A stretch of DNA of 55,848 nucleotides, filler included, from Sphacelaria rigidula (lineage: Eukaryota): the NCBI GenBank assembly GCA_964200075.2. It is 5 parts of 5 records of this genome, joined end to end, with 100 filler letters (N's around TTAATTAATTAA, not from the genome) between each part and the next. Parts side by side here need not be neighbours in the genome. Positions count along the whole stretch, not along the records: positions 11,192 to 22,281 come from CAXNAA020005406.1; positions 22,382 to 33,470 come from CAXNAA020005407.1; 3 more parts are not named here. One strand, given 5' to 3'. The translations under genes were made by a program, and so were the position numbers. This document shows, piece after piece, positions 13,236 to 24,698 of this stretch; position 1 is the stretch's first letter; every line of letters begins with the position of its first letter. The notes under the pieces were generated by a model. The model saw only the letters and a program-made list of their open reading frames with translations, did not search any database and was not told the DNA's origin.

Positions 13236-13397
13236 GATCAAGAGATAGATAACGAAACACTCCGTTGAAAACAGCCAGAGTGCGGCACTACTTGCACGGT
13301 ACTGCGTAGGAAACACCTGGGCCCTTCACTGCCCCACTGTATGCTGCACTGTACTGTTCTACACTGCACTGTATTGTACTGTATTTATACTGCAGCC

Positions 13398-13754
13398 GGT
13401 CGCCCCTGTGGCTCAGTTGGTAACCCCGAAACCTTCTGACGGTCGGATAGTGGGTTCGAATCCCGGAGCGATCTGGGAGTTTTTCTCACGCAATGCCCAA
13501 CAGTCGAGAGCGACCATGTCGTGGGTACACAAAATTCGACTCGATGGTCGACGGGGGAAAGGGACTCCTAAACCCCTCTCGCGATGAAAAATAAAGGCAA
13601 GAACCGCAGAAGAAAGGTAGAGAACTGAAAGTAATCAGAAAAACAAACAAACCTCTGTGTTGGCCTTCCTCCTGTGTGACCTGGGCTGGTGCGCCCACAT
13701 ATACCGAAAGGCGTAGACCGGCGTCCAGAATAGATGGAGCCACAACGCACACAA

Positions 13755-13796
<42 letters not shown>
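13398..13796 (+). mobile_element. tRNA-derived SINE-like element ending in (CA)n
   Basis: A-box TGGCTCAGTTGG (13409-13420) and B-box GGTTCGAATCC (13453-13463); does not fold as a full tRNA; unique body followed by an (AC)n tract at about 13761-13796. Confidence 0.6.
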
Positions 13797-13799
<3 letters not shown>

Positions 13800-13945
13800 C
13801 AATGACTCGAGTGCTCGCCCTATTATTTTTCTAACCACGAGTAATGACTCGTGTGCTCGCCCTATTAATTTTTATCGCCACAAGCAATGACTCGAGTACT
13901 CGCCCTATTAATTTTAATCACCACGAGCAATGACTCGAGTGCTCG
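13795..13945 (+). repeat. 42-43 bp tandem repeat, 3.5 copies, with hairpin core
   Basis: Units start at 13795, 13837, 13880 and 13923; core CGAGCA-ATGACTCGAG-TGCTCG followed by an AT-rich linker. Confidence 0.9.
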
Positions 13946-15075
13946 GGGACCCCCCAAACGGCCCACGAGCAGCCGAACGAGTGCGAGTGCCACGAGTCAT
14001 ACTTGTACTCGTCCGACGTGTGAAAAGTTTTCACTGCAAACATTAGAGAATCTTCACTGCAGAGGCGTCCGTACACGAAAATCAAGTCACATTAAGTCAC
14101 ATTCGCTCGTCATCGGTATGGATCCCGCCGCGCCCCCGTGATTTGACGGCACAAGAAACGTTGTGAACCGGGAGACATGCGGGTTCGATTCCCAGCGGAT
14201 GCGTTTGCGCTTTTTTCTGAGAAATATCTGACTTACGCCATTGAAAACGTGACGATGTAAATAGCAAGGAGATATTATTTGATGATAATCGACACGATAC
14301 TAGAGTGCTGTCTGGTTCAACCCGCGATGCCAAAGTGCGAGGCTTGCACCGGGAAAGATGTGTTAATCCCTTGAGACGATGGACTCGCCCCGAGGAAGTG
14401 GGCGGGGTTGCCAGTGTCCACCCCCCTCAAAAGATACGGGACTCAAGATAATGACATGTTGACAGTCAATGAGTTATGATCCAGAATACAGAACGATACC
14501 AATACTTCCCACCGTGGAAAAAGAAAAACGAAACCTCCACCCCGCGCGCTTTCGCGTCAGGGGAGAGGTTGATAGATGGATGTAGACTTGACCTTGGGAC
14601 TACGGACTCGTCTCGAAGAAAGCGGCGGAGGGGGTAGCTTAACCCTTTCAGCGTCCGCGGATGTACATATAAATCTGGCATTTTCCCAAGTGGATGTGGT
14701 GCTCATTCAATAGATGGACGCCGTTCGGGCGGTCAAAGTGTTACCATTAAAGAACGGCAGAGAGAAAAGGAAGAACACCCCAGCAACTGACCCCTACCGC
14801 CCCACCTCTCAACCCCGTCGTCGTACCGTGTCGTTGGTCTGTGTTCAGCTCGGTTCTGGAGGTGGCCCGGAATAGGCGCCGTCTAGCATGGAGTAAACCT
14901 TGTTGTTGGTAGCTCTGCTGGCCGCCGTTGTGGACGTAGGTGTTGCACAAGCTGCCGCACCCGTCGTCTGGGCTGAGAAGTTCTCACCTGCGGTGGTGGT
15001 GACTACTGGCGGACTTCCCACGACATATCAGTCAGTTTGTGACATGGCGAAGAAGATGCAGGGAACGGAAGGGTA

Positions 15076-15325
15076 GACTGCTGCCGAGATAGCACCCCCC
15101 CCGAACCGGCCAAAAAAGTGCACGGAGGCGATGATCGTAAATGCCGTGAGAGCTGCTTTCGTGCTGCAAGACGCGACTCATTCGGGCGTTGTAGTTGATG
15201 TCGGACAGCTACAAGCCTCTCATGTGGGCGTAATTGCTGCAAACAAGCGCAATGGTCGGATCGCAGCCGGTTTGTCAGACGGTCTCCGGTGCACTTTTTA
15301 TGGGGGGGCTATCTCGGCATTAGTC
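15076..15325. mobile_element. 250-bp MITE
   Basis: Imperfect TIRs GACTGCTGCCGAGATAGCACCCC...AAAAAAGTGCACGGAG / CTCCGGTGCACTTTTTA...GGGGCTATCTCGGCATTAGTC, flanked by GGTA on both sides. Confidence 0.65.
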
Positions 15326-15649
15326 GGTAGTTGAAAGCTGTGCCTTTGTACAACCTGTATCCGTCTAGATTTTTTCCCTCAACTTGTATCTGGTACGTTC
15401 AGGGTGGGATAATCATGAGAGTTTGGTTGTGTGGTGACGTTGGTAGATGTCGAATCAGTTAGTTATTCGTCACATGGATTGTCGGAAGCGGTGCCTGATC
15501 CTGCACATGCACCCCGTACGGGCGTCAGCTAATGATTTGGTTGAAATAATGATACGCTATCGCGTCAACACCGTAGCGTTGTGTGAGTTGAGCCCTGAAT
15601 GGTAGACCTGTACGTGGAGAAACAAACTTGAAAAGTCGTTGGAATGAGG

Positions 15650-18138
15650 TCTTACGGCAGCGGGAGGGCTTACTCGAAAAAACAATCGAGGTCGGGATTT
15701 GCTATTCGGTTGGATGGTGTACCACGTATATCGTCTACGAAACGCGCAGTGAAAGGAGGAATATGAGGAGGAGGAGGGCGATGAAGGGGGAGAGATTCCT
15801 TGTGAATGCAATTGAGCTTCGGATTTTCTCTCGCCCTGGGTGGCATACCACGTATATCACCTACAGTATACGTAGTAGCTAGGCAAATCTGTGTAATAAG
15901 ACAGGGGGAAAGGTGGAGGGATTGCTTGTGGCTGCACTTGAGCGTGGGATTTACTCTCGCCCTGGGTGGCATACCACGTATGTCACCTACAGTATACGTG
16001 GCGGCTCGGCGAATCTGCGTAAGAGGACAGCGGGAAAGGTGGAGGGATTGCTTGTGGCTGCACTTGAGCGTGGGATTTAATTTCTCTCTGGGTGGTATAC
16101 CATGTATATCATCTACGGTATACGTAGTGGCTAGGCGAATCTGTGTAGGAGAACAGCGGAATAAGGGGAGGGATTGCTTGTGGCTGCAGTTGAACGTGGG
16201 CTTTACTTTCGCCCGGGGTGGTATACCACGTGTATCATCTACGGTATACATGGTGGGAGGAGAAATGTGCGGAGGAGGGCGGGAAAGGGGAAGTATATTG
16301 CTTGTGAATTAAGTCGAGCTTGGGATTTGTTCTCACCCTGGGTGGTACACCACGTATACCACGTACGGAATGCGTAGTGGCTAGGGGAATCTGCGAAGAA
16401 GGAGGGCGGAGAAGGGGAGATATTTGCTTGTGGATGTAGTAGAGCTTGGGATTCGCGTTCGCCCTGGGTGGTACACTACGGATATTACCCATGGAGTGCG
16501 TCGTCGATGGCTAGGCGAATCTGTGTAGGAGGACTCCGGGAAAGGTGGAGAGATTGCTTGTGACTACAGTGAAGCTTGGTAGTTGCTGTTGCCCTGGGTG
16601 GTGCGTACCACCTACGGAATGCGTGTTTGCAGGGGGATATCTGCGTAGGAGGACGGCAAGAAGGGGGGGCATTGTTCGTGAATGTTGTCGAGGTTGGGAT
16701 TTACTTTCGCCGTGGGTGGTATACCACGTATATCATCCACGGAAGGCGTAGTGGCAGGGGGAGTATGCGGAGAAGGGCGGAAAACGGGGAGGGGAATGCG
16801 CAGCGGCAGGGGGAATATGCGGAGAAGGGCGGAAGAGGGGGAGAGATTGCTTGCGAAGGCATTCGTGCTAGGAATTTGCTTTCGCCCTGTGTGGCACTAC
16901 GTATATCACCTACGGAGTGCGTGGTGGCAGAGGGAAATCTGCGTAGGAGGAGGGCAGAAAAGGGTGGTATGAGACGTGCATCACCTCCGGATTGCGTAGT
17001 GGCAGGGGGCATATGCGGACGAGGGCGGAAAAGGGGAGGACTTGCTTGTGAATGCAATCGAGCTTGAGATTGCTTTCACCCTGGATGATATACCACGTAT
17101 ATCACCTACGGAATGCGTAGTGGCTAGGCGAATTTGCGTAGGAGGAGGGTAAGAAACGGGGAGGGCTTACTTGTGAACGTGGTCGGGCTTGGAAATTGCT
17201 TCCACCCTCGCCGGTATACCAGGTATATTGCCTACGGAATGTGTAGTGGTAGGGGAAATTGGCGAAGAAGGAGTGAGGATAAGGGGGAGGGATTGCTTGT
17301 GACTGCAGTCGTGGTTGGGATTTACTTTTGCGCTGGGTGGTCTACCACGTACATCACATACGGAATGCGTGGTGGCGGGGGGAAATTAATTCGCGTAGGA
17401 GGACAACAGGAAAGGTGTGGGGGGGGAACGGTTGTGGATGCAGTCGAGCGGGGTATTTACTTTCGCCCTGGGCGGTACGCCACGTGCATTACCTACAACA
17501 ATGGCGAGGGGAATCTGCCTAGGAGCGGGTACGGGAAGGGGGGAGGGCTTGCTTGTGAACGCAGTCGTGCGTGGGATTTGCTTTCGCCCTGGGTGGTATA
17601 CCACGTACATCACCTACGGAATGCTCAGTGGGAGGAGGAATATGTGGAGGAGGGCAGAGGGGAAGGGCGTGGTTGTACATGCAGTCGATGTTGTTGCTTT
17701 CGCCCTGGGTGGTATACGGCGTACATCATCTACGGAATGCCTAGTGGCAGGGGGAATATACGGACGAGGGTGAAAAACGGAGAGGACTCTCTTTTACGTG
17801 CAGTCGACGTTGGAATTTGCTTTCACCCTGGGTCATATATGTGGTATATCACCTACGGAATGCGTAGTGGAACGGGGAATATGCGGACGAGGGCGGAAAA
17901 AGGGGAACTCTCTCTGGCGATGAAGTCGAGCTTTGTATTTTCCTTCACCCTGGGTGATATACCACGTACATCACCTACGGAATATAAACGTGGCTCGGCG
18001 AAACTGCGTAGGATGGTCGAAAAGGGGGAGAACGTACTTATGAATGTAGTCGTGCTTGGAATTTGCTTTCGCTCTGGGTGGTATACTACGTACATCACCT
18101 ATGGTGTGTGTAGTAGCTGGCTAGGCGAATCTGTGTAG
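15650..18138. repeat. 126-bp satellite array, left block (~20 diverged units)
   Basis: GGGATTGCTTGTG recurs at 15918, 16044 and 16170 (period 126); conserved core GGGATTTGCTTTCGCCCTGGGTGGTATACCACGTATATCACCTACGG. Confidence 0.92.
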
Positions 18139-19056
18139 AGCGATGTCACGATAGAGGTTGCACCTTTTGTTTCTGGGTCTCGTTTTTGTAGGAGCCCGAA
18201 TATATGGGGCTCACAATGCAACCCAAATCCCCGGGGACAGGACATGGAGATGCACACAGGGGCCTTTTCGTGAATCGGCATCATTTTCAGTCTTCAAGTG
18301 AAAATGATGCCGATTCTCAAAGTGATCCGTGCAACACCCCGAGAAACATTTTCGCTCAAAAAGTGCAACCCTACCGTAGCATCACTTGTTGCGGATCGCG
18401 GCGTGATGCGGTGGAAGGGGGACAGTACAATGATGGACCGTTGATTCGGAACGAAGATACGCGCCCGGAGGGCTGATCGCAGGAACTGGCTAGTACCTGC
18501 GGTCAGGGGTGAGGATGTTAAGTTATCCGTCAAGATACGGAGTACAGAAAAACATGCCTCTTACATCTGGTTGAATCCGATTCTTTCTAAGAATCGGGGC
18601 AACGCTAAGATGACCCTGGTGTTCAGAACGATCTCTCGAGAAGACGCTGGCTATCAACACCACCAAGGAACAAAAGAAATCGAATCACCTGAAGCTGTGA
18701 ACAAGGATATCCTGACGATCGACGAGTACTGTACTGCGTTGGACTGTCTCCCCACGCGCTGTCAACTTACGATTGTTACAAGATCGACGGTGAGACGGTT
18801 TGGAGTTTGAACACCGTAGTCCTGCAGATGTGAAAAGATCGGCCTATAGTACATAAATGAACATGAACGAACTGGTGCACAAATGAATGGCAGTCAAATA
18901 ATAAGTAGAATAAAAGGTTCCACATGAAACAGTGAAATTCCGTAATCGTTGACCGAAGTTTTGTTGTTGGCCTAGTTCAGTGATCAACCTGCACTGTAGA
19001 GTTAAGCAAATGTTGATAGACAACGGGCGACTGCCGTTTACTTGTATCACACTCTT
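18139..19056. mobile_element. 918-bp insertion interrupting the satellite
   Basis: The satellite stops at ...ATCTGTGTAG and resumes in register at TAGGAGGG...; TAG appears duplicated. No clear TIR or ORF. Confidence 0.55.
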
Positions 19057-20570
19057 TAGGAGGGCTGCGGGTATGGTGGAGGGATTGCTTGTGAGTGCAG
19101 TCGAGATTGAAATTTGTTGTCCCCCTGGGTGGGTGTACCGCGAACATCATCTACAGTATACGTAGCGGCTAGGCGAATCTGTGTAGGAGGACAGCGGGAA
19201 AGGTAGGGGGATTGCTTGTGACTGCAGTTGAGCTTGATATTGACTTTCGCCCTCGGTGGTATACCACGTATGTGCTCTTCGGTGTGCGTAATGGCTAGGC
19301 GAATCTGTGTAAAAGGACAGCGGGAAAGGTAGAGGGGTTGCTTGTGACTGCAGTTGAGCTTGGGATTTGCTTTCGCCCCGGGTGGTTTGCAACGCATATC
19401 ACCTAGAACAGTAGCAGGAGGAATATGCGTAGGAATAGGACGGGAAAGGTGGAGGGGTTACTTGAGAATGAATTAACGCGTGGGGTTTGCTTCCCCCTGG
19501 GTAATACACTACACACATCACCTGCGGTATTCGTGATGGCTAGGGGAATCTGTGTAAGAGGACATTAGGAAAGGTGGAGGGATTGCTTTTGAATGCAAAC
19601 GAGGTTGGGATTTACTGTCGCCCTAGGTGGTACACCACGTGCATCACCTACAACAGGTGCGAGGGAAATCTGCGTAGGAGAGAATGCAGGAGGGGCGTAG
19701 GGACTTGCTTGTGACTGCTGTCGAGCGTAGGATTTGCTTTCGCCCTGGGTGATATATCACGTAAATCACCTACGGAATGAGTAGTGGCAGGTGCAATATG
19801 GGGAGGAGGGCGGGAAAGGCGGAGGGATTCCTTGTGAATGCAGTCAAGCTTGGCATTTGTTTTCGCCCTGGGCGGGGTACTGCATTCGTCACCTAGAGTA
19901 TGAGTAGTGGCTAAGCGAATCTCTGTGGGATTATAGCGACAAGGGTGGAGGAATTACTTGTGAACACAGTTGAGCTTGGGATTTACTTTTGCCCCGGGTA
20001 GTATACCACGTATATAAGCTATGGTGTACATGGTGGCTAAGAGAAGCTGTGTAGGAGGACGGCGGAAAAGGTCGAGTGACTGCAGTCGAGCTTGGAATTT
20101 GCTTTTGCATTGGGTGGTCTACAACGTATATCAGCAACAACAATGGCAGGGGGAATATGCGTGGGAGGAGGGCGGGGGGGGGGGAGGGATTACTCGTGAC
20201 TGCAGTCGAGCTTGGGATTTGCTTTTGCCCTGGGTGGAATACCACGAACATCACCTACGGAATGCGTAGTGGTAGAGGAACTCTGCAGGGAAGAAGGGTG
20301 GAAAAGAGGGAGGGGGGGGGGTTGCTCGTGGATGTAGTCAAGCTTGGGATTTGCTCCCGCCCTAGGTGGTAAACCACGTACATCACCTTCGGTGTGCGTA
20401 TTGTTGAGGGGAATCTGCGCAGGAGAAGAGCAGAAAAGGGGGAGGGATAATATGCGAATGCAGTCGAGCTTAGGGTTTGCAATCGCCCTGGGTGACATAC
20501 ACCACGAACATCGCCTACGGTATGCACAGTTTCAGGGGAAATCTGCAGAGTACAGCGGAAAAGGGGGGGG
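19057..20570. repeat. 126-bp satellite array, right block (~12 units)
   Basis: Same consensus and orientation as the left block. Confidence 0.92.
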
Positions 20571-20574
20571 GGGT

Positions 20575-22171
20575 CTACTACTACTGGGGTCACCGGCACC
20601 ACCGGCGGGGACGAAGCCCCGCCCGCAGAACCAAATTGCAGCGGTACCCCGGCCGGCGCAGCAGCGGATTCAAATTTCAGCTGGGAACCGGCTGGCTCCG
20701 CAGCCGGCACCGAGCCCGACACTACAGAGGTCGGTCCCACCTGCACCGCCCATTGCGGAGCAGCAGCCCCTGCGGCTGAACCGAACCCCGTACCGGACTC
20801 CTGCTGACGCCGCTGCCCCTGCTGCTGCTCGGAAGTCGACTGTGCACCTCCACCGCTGGAGGATTCGCCACCGCCGCCACCACGACTACCTCGTCTTTTG
20901 CCCTTGTGAGGGCGCGCGGCACTCGTCTGCCCAGACTCCCCTTCAGAAGGCGTTGGGCACTTCCGTGCGATGTGACCGACCTGGCCACACTGAAAACAAG
21001 TAAAATTGGAGACAGGACTGCCTGCGGATTTTGATCAGCGGTTATGCGAGCTCGAAGACTGCGGCGACGAAGTGGATGACTTTCCGAATACTTCGACGCG
21101 CCGCCATGCCTGAGCCTCAGCCACCACGGTATTCATGAATATGTACGGGTCCGACTTCCAATTCGTTTCGTGCTGTAATTGTACAAGCACGGCCTGCTTA
21201 AATTCCGCCGGTGCCAGACCCTCCCCCATCGCTTTGGTGACCACCGCAGCGGGCCCTGGGCGAAATTTCCCATCGGACAAACGATAAACCATCTCTACGT
21301 TGGGATTTTCCGCAAAATACGTTTCCAACTTACCCATTATGGGCTCCACCCTCTCACGCATGGTCCTCCCCTTGTGCTTCATTGCGACAGCCTTTGCCAC
21401 GGCTGCGGATGCCTGAGTAAGCTCTACCTCCGCGCCTGCCGCATGCTCTACGTGCTTCTTTATCGCTGCGGCCAACTGCAGCGGCGTTATGGTATGCTTT
21501 TCATGGAACCGTCTCGCGAAGACGCATTGCAAGGGTGTTGGTACTAATTGCGCCATCGACACCACCTGATGCCTCACCGCACCCCCTGCATTCGCATGCT
21601 CCACCCTCCTTCTGTATTCCATGTATCTCGTGTAAAACGATCGAGAGGCACCCTCAAAATACAAACTCCCGTAACTGGGCGGCAGCAACTCTTCCCTTAG
21701 AACGACTGGGGTTACAGTGTTTTCTGCTGGCTCTATTGTCGGTACCTCCATAGTCGACATTCTTGAGCCTAAATCGAAGATCTCTCAAACCTTCTGGAAC
21801 TTCAGTTCACACCTGCTTGCTTCGCCGCTCCAACACAGCCCTGGGTTTGTATAAATACCCGCTGTACGCAGCTCCAGCAAGTCTCCAGTCTGGATCAATC
21901 ACGGGCCAGCCGCCTTTTCGGCTACTTCAGCTTGAAGCCTCCTCACGCGTCCGTGAAGCTCTGTGCCCGAAGCTAATCACTAGTTGTCCAGACTCTCCCT
22001 GCTAAACTTTTTCAGCAGTCTCAAACGATAGCATCTACTAGCACGCCAGCACTAGCACTAATACCGATATTCTGACGCTAGCAGGTTTGCTAGTACTGCA
22101 GCGTCTAAATTATGTTGAGGGACTCCCCAGCTCCACTGGCCTCAAGGTCTCAGTTGTCAGCCTTTACAACA
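20575..22171 (-). mobile_element. 3'-truncated Ty3/gypsy LTR retrotransposon (5' LTR, leader, gag)
   Basis: Reverse complement starts TGTTGTAAAGGCTGACAACTG like 28191; leader and gag are homologous to the pol-bearing element in contig 3. Confidence 0.85.
21035..21760 (-). CDS. Gag-like protein of the gypsy element (truncated)
   Basis: 241-aa ORF homologous to 28589-29381 (TVTPVV.R.EL.PP.YG; AGAE.LTQASA.VAKAVAM; GLAP..FKQAVLV.LQH.T.WK.D). Confidence 0.75.
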   Translation of the reverse strand: MSTMEVPTIEPAENTVTPVVLREELLPPSYGSLYFEGASRSFYTRYMEYRRRVEHANAGGAVRHQVVSMAQLVPTPLQCVFARRFHEKHTITPLQLAAAIKKHVEHAAGAEVELTQASAAVAKAVAMKHKGRTMRERVEPIMGKLETYFAENPNVEMVYRLSDGKFRPGPAAVVTKAMGEGLAPAEFKQAVLVQLQHETNWKSDPYIFMNTVVAEAQAWRRVEVFGKSSTSSPQSSSSHNR

Positions 22172-22281
22172 AACAACAATTTGTGCGAAATGAGGTTTAA
22201 CTTCGAGATGAGGTTCAAGCCTAAAACGGTGTTTTCCTCACAATTTCAGCGATGGTGCCCAATGACGTTTTTGTCGGCCTA

Positions 22282-22381
22282 NNNNNNNNNNNNNNNNNNN
22301 NNNNNNNNNNNNNNNNNNNNNNNNNTTAATTAATTAANNNNNNNNNNNNNNNNNNNNNNNNNNNNNNNNNNNNNNNNNNNN
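22282..22381. other. Artificial contig spacer
   Basis: 44 N + TTAATTAATTAA + 44 N. Confidence 0.98.
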
Positions 22382-23761
22382 TAAGTTGCTTGGTGTGGTT
22401 TGACTTGGTGTTATGTATGCGGCTGATAAAGGAATGGAGGGGCGGGGGTGTCGGGCTGGGGGTATTTCGGGCCACTTCTTGAACGGACTTCCAAGTCAAA
22501 TCGTCGTTGAAAGTAGCAACGGTTGTTCGAACGTGCTTGTTCAAGATATATGACGCTCATTAATATTGCTGAACACCCATTTAACCAAATATAAGCCCAT
22601 CGCGAGTGAGGCAGTTCGTCTGACACACGCATGAGCCTATTTTTTCGTGCAATACAATACCGCCACCCATCCCCTATCGCAAAGTGGCTCTACGGTCGAA
22701 CCACATCGAGGTCACCTCTGCCTATCGAAATAATGTAGTACCTCGTGACTGAGCTTTGAAATCGGCGGTGATAGTCGTGGGAACTCGAGTAAGACACTGC
22801 CTCTTGATGTTATGTGCATCTCGAAGACCCACGAAAACAGTGAAACGGTGCCGGTTGCATACGGAATATTTTGCCCTATGAAAGAACGGTACATAAATTA
22901 CTTCAGACACAACAGGAATAGGTTGTGTTCGCGTGCCGTTTTCTTCATGATAGCTCACGATCTTTCGTGCGAGTTGATGGTGGTGTTTTTCGAACAAGCG
23001 ATCGTAATTTCCCTCAATATACGAAGTACATGTCATCAATAAACGAAAATGCAATCTTTCGCGCGCATTCCGTTTGCTCAATAGCTTGCCTAGCAACGCG
23101 AGGAATACTTTTGGCCCGTTTGGGGCGCTACCTTTTGCTCAGTGCGCAGCAAACACCCTGCTGCTCACCATACGATATTGCGCCACAATTGTCGACGCTT
23201 CTGTCGCCCTATGCATAGGTGTCAGCTGTGCCAATACTCAGACTCTGTTATGACAATGGCAACAGCTGAGATACCGCAGCAAGAAGAGCCCGAGCGGGGA
23301 CCCTTTGATGGCGTACTCATGGGGTCATCATGGGAAGGTTCGCCGGCCTTTGAAGCTACATGCATGGCCAGCATAGAGCTTTTTTCAAGGCGTACTGCCG
23401 GCCGTTGGATCGGCTACATGTAGCAAAGAAAACAATGGACAAAACATACTCAGGGTTTGACACGGTCGTCCTTGATTTGACTCACTCGAAGCGAACCGGG
23501 CAGGCTGGAATGAGGGTTACGACCACCACGATTCGAGTATCGTCGTACTGTACTTGTTGCACCCTACTATGTAACTGGCGCCTCAAGCATCATATGATAA
23601 GCCACAGTGTACCAGTAACCCGTGATATACAGGAGCGAAGCAACGGGAGTACCCCGAATAATGCACGGGGTTACGCATCGGGGTAGTTCCCACAGACGAA
23701 TAACTCAGGGACAAAACGCACCTCTCTCCTCCCCATCCACACACCACGTGGCGGCGAACGT

Positions 23762-23972
23762 TGTAATGCGTGAGAGGACCGCGTGCTTAGAGAACCGCGC
23801 CGTAGTTCACAACATCTCAGGATCGATGCTTTTCAAAACCAACCGGGCCAGTCCCTGCAGGTACCACGCCCCTGACCATAACCCCAATACTAATCCTAAG
23901 CCTAACCCTTACCATGGGGATGTTCGAATTCCGACGCGGTTCTCTAAGCACGCGGTCCTCTCACGCACTACA
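23762..23972 (+). mobile_element. MITE with internal telomere-like repeats, copy 1 (211 bp)
   Basis: ~30-bp TIR TGTAATGCGTGAGAGGACCGCGTGCTTAGA; degenerate CCCTAA units; flanks (A)ACGT / ACGT. Confidence 0.9.
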
Positions 23973-24698
23973 ACGTGTCCACGTGATCCGAAACATACCC
24001 GTGACCGCAGTACAAACTAGACAATGTCTACCAGGGGGCGACCTGGTTTCTAGTCATACCCTGCAACCTACGACCGCGCGAACAGTAACTTCTAGTGCCA
24101 AGACATGTTTTTGCCAAGCGTATAACTTTGCCTGCCCCCCCTGCATGTTCCAGGCGATGCCTTACCTCTCTCAAGGGGGGCGGTATAATGTTTGTAACAC
24201 AACACATTCGAGGCACAGTAAAGAACGATCTCCTTGAGGATGAGTCTGCGAAGGGAGGGGAGACGTTCGCTTGCAAAAAACAGGCGAACTCATAGATATA
24301 CACATCGTGCTTGTGCTTGGCTGACATATACGCGATCGGGGTGAATGGATGTGTCACGATGATACCGGGAGCATATGAAACTTGCTGCCGACAGCGAAAC
24401 ATTAAAGCGACGCTCTTGTGCATTACCACCCCCCTCCTCCTCGCACACCCATTTGTAGCATTAGTCCTTGGTATATGTTGAGTGTCATATAATATTGATA
24501 GCCAGCTCACAGTCACCACTTCTTAAGTCGAGCCCTACAGGCATACGCCGCATCGTGACCCGTCGAGCCCTGATGCCCGCCCCTGCTCGATGCAACCTGC
24601 TCCCCCTGCATGCAGTAGCTTTGACGGAACCTCGGACGGTGTGGAGGTTGAGCGAAGCGAGGCGACTGCTACTGTCACTAGCAGAGAAATACATTGCA

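Noticed and set aside
13398-13473. tRNA gene
   Set aside because: A and B boxes are present but there are no proper D or anticodon arms; better explained as a SINE head.
13795-13945. Mini CRISPR array
   Set aside because: The linkers are homologous to each other rather than unique spacers, there are no cas genes, and the context is eukaryotic.
15650-20570. Repeat-protein gene or CRISPR-like array (ORFs such as 17134-18138)
   Set aside because: ORFs occur in several frames on both strands and switch frame between units; the variable parts are homologous. This follows from the 126-bp (3n) period.
11192-22281. Continuation of ACC after the first gap
   Set aside because: No ACC central or carboxyltransferase exons were found; this is a different contig.
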